The notes beneath the pieces were generated by a model. It was given only the letters and a program-made list of their open reading frames with translations. It was not told the origin of the DNA and searched no databases. DNA of 64,000 bases from NCBI GenBank assembly GCA_027493095.1, contig JAPVXD010000198.1:30253-94252 (forward strand), written 5' to 3'. Both the position numbers and the translations under genes were made by a program. The stretch is from Candidatus Multivorans azotirespirans. GTDB taxonomy: Bacteria > Acidobacteriota > Thermoanaerobaculia > Multivoradales > Multivoraceae. Positions 8,901 to 18,000 of this stretch are shown in pieces (positions within the stretch are counted from its first letter, which is position 1; the number at the start of each line of letters is the position of its first letter).

Positions 8901-10762
8901 TGGACGGTGAGCGATCCTCCCTCTTCCCGGATCATGCTCTCGACGCGGTCGACGCCCTCGACTTCCTGAATCGTCTCGAGACGTTCAAAGACGCGGACGG
9001 CGGAGTCGAGGCTTCCGCGGCCCTCGGGCAGGCGGACGGAGAGTTGGACCTGATCGGCGATAGGCGCCTGGCCCGGTCCGCTCGAAGCGACCAGGAACAG
9101 GGCGGCGATGACGCTCAGGACGACGGCCGTGACGACACCCGTGATCCAGCTCGCCGGCCGGCGCAGGGCGGAGGCAAGCACGCCCGCGAACAGAATCCGC
9201 GTGGGGTCGGGCGGCACCAGTCCGCCGAAGCGTTCGCGGCGTTGACGCAGCTTGGTCAACCGTCGAATCGCGGCCGGTGCCGCGAGATGCCGCGCCAGCA
9301 GGGGCACCAGTCCGATCGCCACCAGGAGGGAGCCGAACAGCGGCAGCAGGATGGCCAGCGACAGGAGCGCGATCAGGTTCTGGATCAGGGACGACTCCAG
9401 GTCGACGATGACGGCGGGCAGGAAGACGATCGCCGTCGTTACGGAAGCGGCGACGATGGCGCGGCCCGTACGCCGGATGCCCCCGGCCGCGGCGTCGTCG
9501 GGACTCCTGCCGCGTTCCAGACGGCGCTGGACGGACTCGAACACGACGACGCTGTTGTCCACGATGAGTCCGACGCCGATGGCCAGCCCGAAGAGCGTGA
9601 ACAGGTTGAGCGACAGACCGGCCACGTAGAGGAAGGAGAGAGCCACCGCCAGACTGACCGGCACGGCGACCGCGACCACGGCAACCGCGCGCCACTGGCG
9701 GAGGAAGAGGAACAGGACCAGGAGCGCGATTCCGAAACCCGAGAGACCGAGGTTCCGCAGTCGGTCGATCTGCGTTTCGACCAGGTCGGCGGCGTCGAAG
9801 CTCGGGAGCAGGCGGATGCCGAGGGGAGTGAACTCCTCGTTGATCTCATCGATCCGGCGGCGCAGATCGCGACCGAGCCGCACCAGATTGGCGCCTTCCT
9901 CCTGGAACACCATGACGCCGACCGACGGCTCGCCGTTGACCCGGTACAGCATCTGACGGCGGCCCGAGCCGATCTCGACGTCGGCCACGTGGCGAACCAG
10001 GACGGGAAGGTCGGGGACCACCCGGACCTCGCCCATCGACACCGGGCCGGCTGGCCGGCCGTCGAGCATCACCGCCGTCCGCCCTGCCTCGTCCTCCAGG
10101 CTGCCGAGGTAGCGGAGGCGTCCCGCCGCACCGCGCACCGCCGCGGTCACCTGCTCCGTCGTCACGCCGAGCGCGGCACAGCGGTTCGGGTCGACCCACA
10201 CGGTCAGCTGGCGCGAGGCGCCGCCGCCCAGCATCGCCTGGCTGACCCCCGGCACCGCGGCCAGCCGGGGCGTGATCATCTCGTCGACCAGATCGTACAG
10301 TGCATCCTCGTCGTCGGAACCGGTCACCTGCAGGATCATGGCGAAGCTCGAGAAGACACTGGTGTCGTCGGCCTGCACGTCCAGGAAGGCGTCTCGCGGC
10401 TGTGTCCGTGCGAGATCGGCGGCGATGCGGCGCATCTCGAGTTCGCGCACCTTGAGATCGACGCCGCGCTCGAAGCGGACGGTGAAGCTGCCGGCGGCGC
10501 CGCTGACCTCGCCCCAGGTCTCGGCTACCCGGGGCAGTGTCCGGACCCGGGCTTCGAGCGGCATCAGAATCTCCCGCTCGATCGTCTCCGGTTCGCTGCC
10601 CGGGCGGAAGAAACTGACGTAGAGCGAGTCGCCCGTGAGGGCAGGGAACAGTTCGACGGGAAGTCTCTGCCAGGCGAACCCGCCGAGCATGACGAGTGCG
10701 ACGAAGAACATCGTCACCGCCACCGGGCGGCGGATGGCGAGCGTGTCGAGACCGGCTTTCAC
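5945..10762 (-). CDS. RND-family permease (AcrB/MdtC-like) fused in frame to extra TM helices and a C-terminal ABC transporter ATP-binding domain (1605 aa)
   Basis: N-terminal ~1040 aa is a complete RND permease: RRPVAVTMFFVALVMLGGFAWQRLPVELFP, two large periplasmic loops and 12 TM helices. A 230-aa hydrophobic segment follows. The C-terminal ~290 aa carries Walker A GPNGAGKTT, signature YSGGMRQR, Walker B IIVVDEPTVGLD and H-loop STHVV. There is no stop codon between the parts; I checked the junction codons LVIPVGFVFLRRLDELFSRVGPW directly. Confidence 0.8.
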   Translation of the reverse strand: MKAGLDTLAIRRPVAVTMFFVALVMLGGFAWQRLPVELFPALTGDSLYVSFFRPGSEPETIEREILMPLEARVRTLPRVAETWGEVSGAAGSFTVRFERGVDLKVRELEMRRIAADLARTQPRDAFLDVQADDTSVFSSFAMILQVTGSDDEDALYDLVDEMITPRLAAVPGVSQAMLGGGASRQLTVWVDPNRCAALGVTTEQVTAAVRGAAGRLRYLGSLEDEAGRTAVMLDGRPAGPVSMGEVRVVPDLPVLVRHVADVEIGSGRRQMLYRVNGEPSVGVMVFQEEGANLVRLGRDLRRRIDEINEEFTPLGIRLLPSFDAADLVETQIDRLRNLGLSGFGIALLVLFLFLRQWRAVAVVAVAVPVSLAVALSFLYVAGLSLNLFTLFGLAIGVGLIVDNSVVVFESVQRRLERGRSPDDAAAGGIRRTGRAIVAASVTTAIVFLPAVIVDLESSLIQNLIALLSLAILLPLFGSLLVAIGLVPLLARHLAAPAAIRRLTKLRQRRERFGGLVPPDPTRILFAGVLASALRRPASWITGVVTAVVLSVIAALFLVASSGPGQAPIADQVQLSVRLPEGRGSLDSAVRVFERLETIQEVEGVDRVESMIREEGGSLTVHLVEEDERPEGLTARRVRQLLRPPARRAGAELLNPGEGEGPGGRGGGGGGRGGGAQELLGGGPSRVVLSGNDNEQLTDLAAQVTERLREIEGIAGAYPAVRPGPDELHVSPNRRAFDTFGVLLDEVLPMLNLAGREGTRINTGYPLDSGRELPIVVQRSEERRDEAEPPNDSSLDRDVSLSGLQRLRVSTGAGVLPVAALAQVRQAPPSPVITHHNGVREREVFYTLSPDVPRRGPARDAFDRSLDEAIASIHRPAGTTIALDRSGESTNWFRRIVVPVVLLVFLVLAVTFESMTLPILVLIALPLALLGSVWALVLTGIGFEAMALLGALVLLGLAINPAVLLVDRMQQHTLGAGWSAGAAALAAVRERARPVLMTSATTVAALAPLSIATGRENEIWPPFATLVIGGLLTATLLTLLVIPVGFVFLRRLDELFSRVGPWVVLTWLGAVIATTAPLFAFGVIESMFWQITTTVLIAGALLGLTVWLLPKPPSPEPETAAGPPKLVVRHLRKTYGLPGPVRRALRATADFARRVAAQGGRAFEPADARDRLLPLLLLFAGAVALAARMTGGLIILGVLIAILLIGSRLLREIRRARGHADELGRVKPGGVEGVLTALLSWALLAWLVVPEMVADPEVAGFIALAIVSTVILLVQLGRRTARLETMRREQRTSRRRRARGWRGQLLRLWRAAATKVFGLDLPIDTVKALAAVSFEAERGMVGVLGPNGAGKTTLLRQLTGILDSTRGRITLGGVPLLSVRTRLARYVGYLPQDAGLPPRLTARQYLEYYAALYQIDTSERAERISTLLREVGLDERADEQIGGYSGGMRQRVAVARTLLRLPPIIVVDEPTVGLDPRERVRFRNLLSRLAKDRIVLFSTHVVEDVAVACDRVLVLSRGRMVFDGHPAALSREAEGRVWSWRTAGEEEVPELPEGAVLADQKPEPDGTSSLRVLAAGRPDERAAPAEPTLEDGYLWLARAVRTEAPA

Positions 10763-10775
10763 GGCGCGTTCCGGT

Positions 10776-13700
10776 TCAGGCGTCCGCGGTCCGCCGGCGG
10801 CGCCGGGTCAGCCTCAGCGAGTCGAGAATCAGGTACAGGCAGGGCAGCACGAGCAACGAGCCCACCGTCGAGGTCACGATGCCGCCGATGATCGTGTAGG
10901 CCATCGGGCTGCGCAGTTCGGCCGCCTCGCCGGCGCCGACCGCGAGCGGCAGAAGAACGAGCACCGTGGTGAGCGTCGTCATCAGGATCGGCCGTAGCCG
11001 GATCGCGGCGGCCCGGGCCAGGGCGGCTCGCCGCTCGATGCCCGCGGCCATCAGCCGCCGCGCCGTGGCGATCAGGAGGACGGCGTCGTTCACTGCGACA
11101 CCCGCGAGCACGATCAGCCCGAGCAGGGCCATCACGCCGACCGGCCTGCCCATCGGCCCCAGCGTGCAGGCGACGCCGAGCAGGGCGAGGGGGATCGAGA
11201 ACAGCACGGTGAGCGGTTGCAGGAGGGACTCGAACGTTCCGGCGAGCACCATCAGGACGAGAACGATGGCCAGGATGCCCGCGAGTCGCAGTTCGGAGGT
11301 GGCGCGCAGACGTTCCTCCTCTTCGCCGGCCAGGCGCACGATCAGGCCGGGGGGAAGCTCTGTCGCCGAGATCGCGTCGTTCGCCGCGGCGATGGCACGT
11401 GGATAGTCGCTGCCCTCGGCGATTCTGGCGGTCACCTGCGCCACCCGCCGCTGGTCACGACGAAAGACCTCGCGCGCTCCCTCAGTCGGCACGAAGCGCG
11501 CGACCTGGCCGAGGACGAGATCGGCTCCGGCGCTGCTCGTGAAGCGCAGTCCGGCGAGCTCCTCGGGCCGGGGTTGGGGCAGGGAGAGAACGACGTGGCG
11601 TTCCTCGTCGCCGACCGACAGGAGCGTGACCCTGCGGCCGTCGAGCGCGGACTGGAGCACGCGGGCGATCGTCTCGAGATCGACCCCCAGGCCGTCGGCC
11701 ATCGCCCGGTCGAGTTCGATCCGCAGTTCGGGCGGGCCGCCCTCGAAGGACGAACGCACGTTCCAGAGTTCGCCATGGCCGGCAAGCGCGTCGCGGAGGC
11801 TGGTTGCCGCGGCCCGCAGATCGGGGAGCGACTGACCGGCGATCTCGACCACGATGGGCGGCCCGGACGAGCCCAGGGCTTCGGCGAGCGCCGAGGTTCC
11901 GACCTCCCATTCGATCTGGGTGTCGGGCAGATCGGTGAAGTTCGGAGACAGCGCGCCCACGAGCTGGCTGCCGGTGGGACCCTCGGCTGACAGGCGTACC
12001 AGGAGCCGGGCGGTGTTCTCCTCGGTCAGTTCAGTCGTGACCAGCCGGTCGTCCTCCGGCAGCCGCCCGACCTCGGCCTGAATCGCTTCGAGGTGCTCGC
12101 CGGCGGCCTGACGCACCGCCTCTTCGAGCGTGGATACCGCGGCCGCGGTCGCTTCGACGCGTTGGCCCGGTGGCCCGACCATGCGCACCGAGAACTGTCG
12201 CGGGTCGGCCGGCGGAAGGAGTTCGCTGCCCAGACCGAGCAGGACGTTCACCGCGGCCGCGGCGGCGAGCACGGCGGCGCCGACGACGAGCCAGCGCAGG
12301 CGGAGGAGGAACAGGACGAGTCGCTCCAGCGCACCGAAGGCCCAGCCGAGGGGACGCGCCTCGCTGTCGTCCGGATCGGCCGGCGGCGTGACGTCGGCAG
12401 CGTGTTCCGCCTCTGCGACCCCGGCCGCCGGTCTGGCCCGCGGCAGGAACCAGCGCGACAGGGCCGGAATCAGCATCAGCGCGACGGCGAGCGACGCGGC
12501 CAGCGAGGCGGTGACGGTGAAGGCGATGCCCTCGATCAGGCGTGCGGCCAGTCCCTGCACGAAGAGGACGGGCAGGAAGACGACGCAGGTGGTCAGCGTC
12601 GAGGCGGCGATCGCCCCGGCGACTTCGCCGGTACCGCGGGCGGAGCTCTCAGCCGCCGAAGCGCCGGGACGGTGGCGCCGGTGGATGCTCTCGACGACGA
12701 CGATCGCGTTGTCCACCAGCATGCCGGCGCCGAGTGCCAGTCCGGCCAGGGTGATGATGTTGAGCGAATGGTCCCAGAGCCGCATCGCGAACAGGGCGAC
12801 GAAGAGGGAGACGGGCACGGCGGAAGCGACGACCACGGTCGGACCGAGCGAGCGCAGGAACAGGGCCAGGACGACGACGGCCAGGGCGATGCCGACCAGG
12901 GCCGCGTTCTGCAGGTCGGCCATCGCATCCTCGACCAGGGCGGCGTCGTCGTTGACCATCGACACCTGGACGCGGGGCAGGTCGAGTTCGAGGTTCTCGA
13001 GCGCCGCGCGAACGGTCCGCGAGACCTCGACCGTGTTCGCGCCGGCCTCCTTGAACACCTGCAGGCCGACGCCCTCCTGGCCGTCGACTCGTACCAGGTG
13101 GTCGATCTCCCCGTGGACGACTTCGACCTCGGCGACGTCGGAAACGCGGATGGGCTGGCGGACCTGCTCGCCGCCCGACCCCGCCTGGGTGCGGTAGCGG
13201 ATGACGACTCGCTCCACGTCCCGCGGGTTGCGGAAACGGGAGATGCCGCGGACCAGGAAGACCTGGCCGCGATCCTCCAGGGTGCCGGCGTCGATGTCGA
13301 CGTTCTCGGCCACCAGGCGCTGCTCCAGTTGGCTCAAGGTCACGCCGAACGCCTGCAGGCGGTAGCGGTCGACCCGCACGCGGACCTCCAGGTCGCGGCC
13401 ACCTAGAACGCGCACCTCGGCGACGTCGGCGAGCTGCTCCATCGCCGGCGCCACCTGGCGTCGTGCCAGGCGCCGGAGTTCGGCGAGATCGGGGCCGCCC
13501 GGTTCGGAGGCCAGCCCCAGGGTCATGACCGGCGACTGCCTCGGGTCGAGCTGGCGGACCAGGACCTCGTCGACTTCGGGGTCGGCCGCGACCGGGTTGA
13601 TCGCCTTTTGGACTTCGATCAGCGCCAGGTCCATGTCGGCTTCCCAGTCGAAACGCACGGTGGCGATCAGCCGGCCGGTCCGGGCGACCTGCTGTACTTC

Positions 13701-13958
13701 GCGGATGCCGCGCACGGTGAAGAGGCGCTGTTCGACCTGTTCGCCGTAGAGCCGCTCCATCTCCGTCGGGGGCCGGTCGCCGGATCGCACCGCAACCACG
13801 ATCGTCGGCGAGCGCAGGTCGGGGAGAAGGTCGATCGGCAGTTCGCGCCACGACATCCAGCCCACGAGGGCGAACGCCAGCGCGGTGACCGTGACCGCTA
13901 CCGGTCGGCGGGCGGCGAGGCGGGCCGGGCCGGAACCTCCACCGGGAGCAGCGATCAC
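10776..13958 (-). CDS. RND efflux permease (HAE1/Mdt-like), first of two tandem RND genes
   Basis: 1060 aa with an AcrB-like N-terminus (RRPVAVTVTALAFALVGWMSWRELPIDLLPDL) and TM/periplasmic architecture. GGGAGG lies 10 nt before the GTG start. Stop is 13 nt before the next RND start. Confidence 0.9.
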   Translation of the reverse strand: MIAAPGGGSGPARLAARRPVAVTVTALAFALVGWMSWRELPIDLLPDLRSPTIVVAVRSGDRPPTEMERLYGEQVEQRLFTVRGIREVQQVARTGRLIATVRFDWEADMDLALIEVQKAINPVAADPEVDEVLVRQLDPRQSPVMTLGLASEPGGPDLAELRRLARRQVAPAMEQLADVAEVRVLGGRDLEVRVRVDRYRLQAFGVTLSQLEQRLVAENVDIDAGTLEDRGQVFLVRGISRFRNPRDVERVVIRYRTQAGSGGEQVRQPIRVSDVAEVEVVHGEIDHLVRVDGQEGVGLQVFKEAGANTVEVSRTVRAALENLELDLPRVQVSMVNDDAALVEDAMADLQNAALVGIALAVVVLALFLRSLGPTVVVASAVPVSLFVALFAMRLWDHSLNIITLAGLALGAGMLVDNAIVVVESIHRRHRPGASAAESSARGTGEVAGAIAASTLTTCVVFLPVLFVQGLAARLIEGIAFTVTASLAASLAVALMLIPALSRWFLPRARPAAGVAEAEHAADVTPPADPDDSEARPLGWAFGALERLVLFLLRLRWLVVGAAVLAAAAAVNVLLGLGSELLPPADPRQFSVRMVGPPGQRVEATAAAVSTLEEAVRQAAGEHLEAIQAEVGRLPEDDRLVTTELTEENTARLLVRLSAEGPTGSQLVGALSPNFTDLPDTQIEWEVGTSALAEALGSSGPPIVVEIAGQSLPDLRAAATSLRDALAGHGELWNVRSSFEGGPPELRIELDRAMADGLGVDLETIARVLQSALDGRRVTLLSVGDEERHVVLSLPQPRPEELAGLRFTSSAGADLVLGQVARFVPTEGAREVFRRDQRRVAQVTARIAEGSDYPRAIAAANDAISATELPPGLIVRLAGEEEERLRATSELRLAGILAIVLVLMVLAGTFESLLQPLTVLFSIPLALLGVACTLGPMGRPVGVMALLGLIVLAGVAVNDAVLLIATARRLMAAGIERRAALARAAAIRLRPILMTTLTTVLVLLPLAVGAGEAAELRSPMAYTIIGGIVTSTVGSLLVLPCLYLILDSLRLTRRRRRTADA

Positions 13959-13985
13959 GGTTGCCCGACCTCCCGGCGGGCGGCG

Positions 13986-15059
13986 CTAGCCGGACACCCG
14001 GACGCGTGTGCCGTCGGTCAGGGTTTCGAGTCCGCGCACAACGATCCGCTCGCCGATCTCGAGCCCCTGGCGGACTTCCGCGATCTCGTCGTCGCCGAGA
14101 CCGAGCACCACCTCGCGCCGCACGGCACGCTGACCGTCGAGCACGAACACGACCCGCCGGCCGCCGCGCTCGGTGACCGCTTCGCGGGGGATGACGGGCA
14201 CGGCGTTCCGTTGTTCCACGACCAGGGTCACCTCGACGAACATGCCGGGCCGCAGCAGGCCTCCAGGATTGTTGATCGCCACTTCGGCGCGGAAGGTGTG
14301 GGTTGTCGGATCGACTTCGGGGGACAGGCGGACGACCGCACCCTCGAAGGTGATGTCTTCCCAGGCGAAGTGTCGGAGCCGTCCCTTCTGGCCGGGGTGG
14401 ACCCGTGCGAGTTCCGGGCCCACAAGGTCGATGTCGGCCACGAGAGAGTCAACCGGGGCGATCCGCGCGACCTGGAACCCCGGCGACACGAGCTGGCCGT
14501 CCGCGATCGGCATGCCGCTCGTGTCGCGGGCAAGCTCCATCAGCACGCCCCCGATCGGGGTCAGCATTCTGGCGCGGTCTTCCGTCAGCAGGCTCTGCTC
14601 CCAGGTCGCCTTGGCGTCTTCGAGCGCGGTCTCGGCCCGGCGCAACTCCTCGGCGGCGATCAGTTCCTGCTGGAACAGCCGGGCGCGGGCGTCCCGCTCG
14701 GCGAGAGCGCCCTGGTAGGCCTGGTGCGTCGCCCCGACCCGGGCCGCGAGTCGCGCATCTTCGCCCGTGACTTCCGCGATCATCTGGTCGGGGACCACGC
14801 GATCGCCCTCGGCGAGCCGACTGCCGTTGTTGTTCCGCCCGATCTGGAGCCGACCCGGTGTCTCGACCTGGAGCACGATGCTCTCCGCGGCGCGCAGGGT
14901 GCCGGTGGCGACAATCAGGTCCTCCACATCGCCGGTCCGGACCTCGGCGGCGCTGACGGGGACCAGGAAGTCGACGGTGTCCGTGGTGCCTGCCGCGTCG
15001 CAACCCAGGACGAGCACGCAAGCGGCTGCCGCCGCGCCCAGCCACTGCCGCGCGCTCAC
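13986..15059 (-). CDS. Efflux RND periplasmic adaptor (membrane fusion protein), lipoprotein
   Basis: HlyD/MFP-like C-terminal half. The start is assigned to GTG at 15059 (VSARQWLGAAAAACVLVLGCDAAG lipoprotein signal), which overlaps the upstream gene's stop (GTGA). The longer upstream in-frame extension is Arg-rich junk. Confidence 0.8.
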   Translation of the reverse strand: MSARQWLGAAAAACVLVLGCDAAGTTDTVDFLVPVSAAEVRTGDVEDLIVATGTLRAAESIVLQVETPGRLQIGRNNNGSRLAEGDRVVPDQMIAEVTGEDARLAARVGATHQAYQGALAERDARARLFQQELIAAEELRRAETALEDAKATWEQSLLTEDRARMLTPIGGVLMELARDTSGMPIADGQLVSPGFQVARIAPVDSLVADIDLVGPELARVHPGQKGRLRHFAWEDITFEGAVVRLSPEVDPTTHTFRAEVAINNPGGLLRPGMFVEVTLVVEQRNAVPVIPREAVTERGGRRVVFVLDGQRAVRREVVLGLGDDEIAEVRQGLEIGERIVVRGLETLTDGTRVRVSG

Positions 15060-18000
15060 GGCGCCCCGCCTCCGCCGGTCGGGTCGGCGCCGGCGCCGTT
15101 GTCGAGGCGCACGAAGCGCACGGCGTCGGCAGCCACGACGTTGCCGGTCGTGTCGTTGCTCAGTTCGAGTTCCACTGTCCCCGGGGCGAGATCGAAGTCG
15201 CCCAGCACGGCCCAGCCGATGCCCGCTCCCTGGGCGTCGAAGTCGATGGGACGGGAGCTCCCGGCGTTTCTGAGTTCCAGGTCGTAGGTGCCGAGGTTCA
15301 GGCCGAAACTGACGTTGACCTGCACGCCGTCCCCGCCGTCGCGCGGGCGATCGCCTTCGTTTCCGATCCGCACTTCCCGCCTCACCTGGCCGCCGCCCGG
15401 CACCGGTGACAGGGAGGGTACGTGCATCTCCACCCGCCAGCGCCCGGCTTCGGGCAGTTGGGCAGTGTAGGTGGCGCGGCGGCCTCCGTCGCCCTGCGCG
15501 ATGAGCGCGGTGGTCCGGCGGTAGCGTCCCCAACTCGAAGGCTGTTCGTACCGGGACCAGTCAGCCGGAGTGCCGCCGAAGATCGAGTAGACGGGCAGGC
15601 CCTGGTCGGTTTCGAGCGTGGGGGCGAAGATGCCGGCAAGGCCGCCCTGGAGCCGCATGCCGTTCGCCTCGGCTTCGTCCGTTTCGACCGAGAAGCCGGG
15701 ATCCAGGTCGTCGACCACGATGGTGCCGGCGCCGCCATCGAGGAACGCCGGCGTCCAGTCGGCCGGCCGGACGCCGCGGAGCGGTTCACTGTCCGAGATC
15801 GCCTCGTCGTCGAGCCGGGGCAACTCGATGGAGAACTCACGGCGGTTCAGGGACAGGTACGGGGATGCGAGCATGGTCCCCGGCGGTCGGGACGTGACGA
15901 GTCCGAACTCGACCGTCGTGTGCCCGGGGATGAGGACCGGCTCGCTCGAGTCCCAGCGCGCGCCGCCGGGGGCACGGACGGCGTAGCGGAGCCGGAACAG
16001 GCCGGGCGCCGCCTCGCCGTTGCGGACGAACAGCCGGGTCTGGTACTGCGGCCCGCCCTGGTCGTCGTCCGGCAGGCGTTCCAGCTGCGCCGGGGAAACG
16101 AGGAAACCCGGCAGGTCCGTCTGGTGCAGGAAGTCGCCGACGAGACCGGGCAGATCGACACCCGCTTCCTCGGCGGCGCTGTGAAGATCGGCGGCGGTGA
16201 AGGTCGAACCCCGATGATCGCGCAGCAGGTTGGCGATCATCGCGGCGGTGCGCTCCCGCCCGGCGCCGTCGAGTATCGCCGTGGCCAGGGCGGAAGTCTT
16301 GAGGTAGAGCGCGTTCACGGCTTGCTTCGGGTTCTCCTCCACGTCCATGTCGGTCAGGGAGCTGCTGAGAACCGCGTCCCAGACACCGGGTCGGTCCGTG
16401 AGGGCCTTGACGATGCCACTGGCGGCCGAGCCGCCGCCGGCCGCGAACTGGCCGGTGAACCCCCCCTGCATCACGTTCGCCATCGTCCAGCCGAACTCGC
16501 GGTCGAACAGGTGAGCGGAGAAGTACGACTCGCCGCCGTTCACCAACTGGTTCACCAGGTTGTGGCACAGCGCTTCCAGCGCCAGGGCCTCCGGGCCTCG
16601 TGCGCCGGTCTGATACAGGAAGACATTGCGGATGCCGCCGGCCTCCAGGTTGCCGCCGGAGTAGTCGAGGCGGAAGAACTGCTGGAGCCCGTTCGCTTTC
16701 GCCCTGGGCAACCCGCCTTCCTCGTCCTCGAACCGCTCCGGATTGCGGAACCGGAACTCGAAGCGTGCGGTCGGCAGGCTGCTCTCGCTGATCAGCAGCA
16801 TGCCGGGCGGGGCGCGCTCGGTGTCCATTCGCCAGCCGCCGCCGTAGGAACGGAGCGTCCAGGGGACCTCGACGAGGCTGAACTGCCTGTAGGGATAGGG
16901 CATCCCCAGTTCGCGGGCGGTGGCGAAGCGGTCGGCGGCGACCTTCTCGATTTCGGCCCGGGCGTCGGCGAAGAAGTCCAGGTTGCGCAGGTGGTTCGGG
17001 TGGAACAGGAGTTCGACTTCGACTCCTTCGACCTGTGTCGTCCGGCGGTCGAATCTGCCCGCGACCAGCATGACCTCAGGCACCGGGCCGGCGGGCGCGA
17101 ATCGCTGGCTTTCGCCCGTGAGCTCGGCCATGCCCGGTCCCGCGACCGTCCAGCCGGAAGGGGTTCTGACCTCGAGGTCAAGCTCGAAGAAGTCCCGCGA
17201 GCGCCGTCGCGGGTCATCGGCGCCGACGGACGCGCCCGGACGTGGGAGCCACGCGAGAGATGCGGGGAGCGCGACGTGGCCGCGTTCGACGGAACCGCTC
17301 AGGCTGCCGAGCATGACGATCTGCGCGTCCTGCCACTCGCCGGTGTTGTAGTCGATCGCCGAATCCAGATAGGCGAAGCGGAGGTCGGGCCGTCCGCTCG
17401 CGCGCACCCGGATCCCGGTGACCTGGCCTGCCGGTGGCGTCGAGCCGAGGTGGACGTCGAGCAAACCGTTCTCGTGTTCGAAGTCGAGCGCCTCACCGGC
17501 AGCGTTCCAGACGCCCTCCACCCGCAGGCCTGGATTCAGGCTGAACATGGCTCCGGAACCGGTCGCGGGCAGGAAGTGGACTTCGAGGTCGAGGGCGAGC
17601 CGCCCGCCTCGTTCGATGCCGACCGAGCCCCGGATCGTCTGAAGGTCGACGATCGCTTCGGCACGCCGTTCCTCGTGTGCGGCGCGCCAGGCGTCCCTTT
17701 CGGCGATCTGGTTGCCGCTCCACGTGATCGCCGTGAAGATGAGGACGGCGCCGGCGGCCAGGCCCGCGCCGCCGGCAACCCCCCACAGGCGGCGCTTCGC
17801 GTCGTCGAGACGGGGGTGGATGGCGACCGCGGTGGCCAGCAGGCCCGCCGCGAGCAGGGCGAAGCTGCCCCGGTTCACGAAGTTGAAAGCGGTCCAGATC
17901 TGGGGCGCGACTTCCGAGATGTTGCTGATGAAGCCGCCGTTCAGGGCAAGCGGCGGCAGGAGGTAGACCGGGATTCTGAACGTCAGGAAGGTGCTGCCGG

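Noticed and set aside
13986-15533. 515-aa version of the RND adaptor with a long N-terminal extension
   Set aside because: The extension is Arg/Gly/Pro low-complexity sequence overlapping the end of the upstream permease gene. A lipoprotein signal follows the GTG at 15059, which overlaps the upstream stop (GTGA) and gives a normal-length adaptor.
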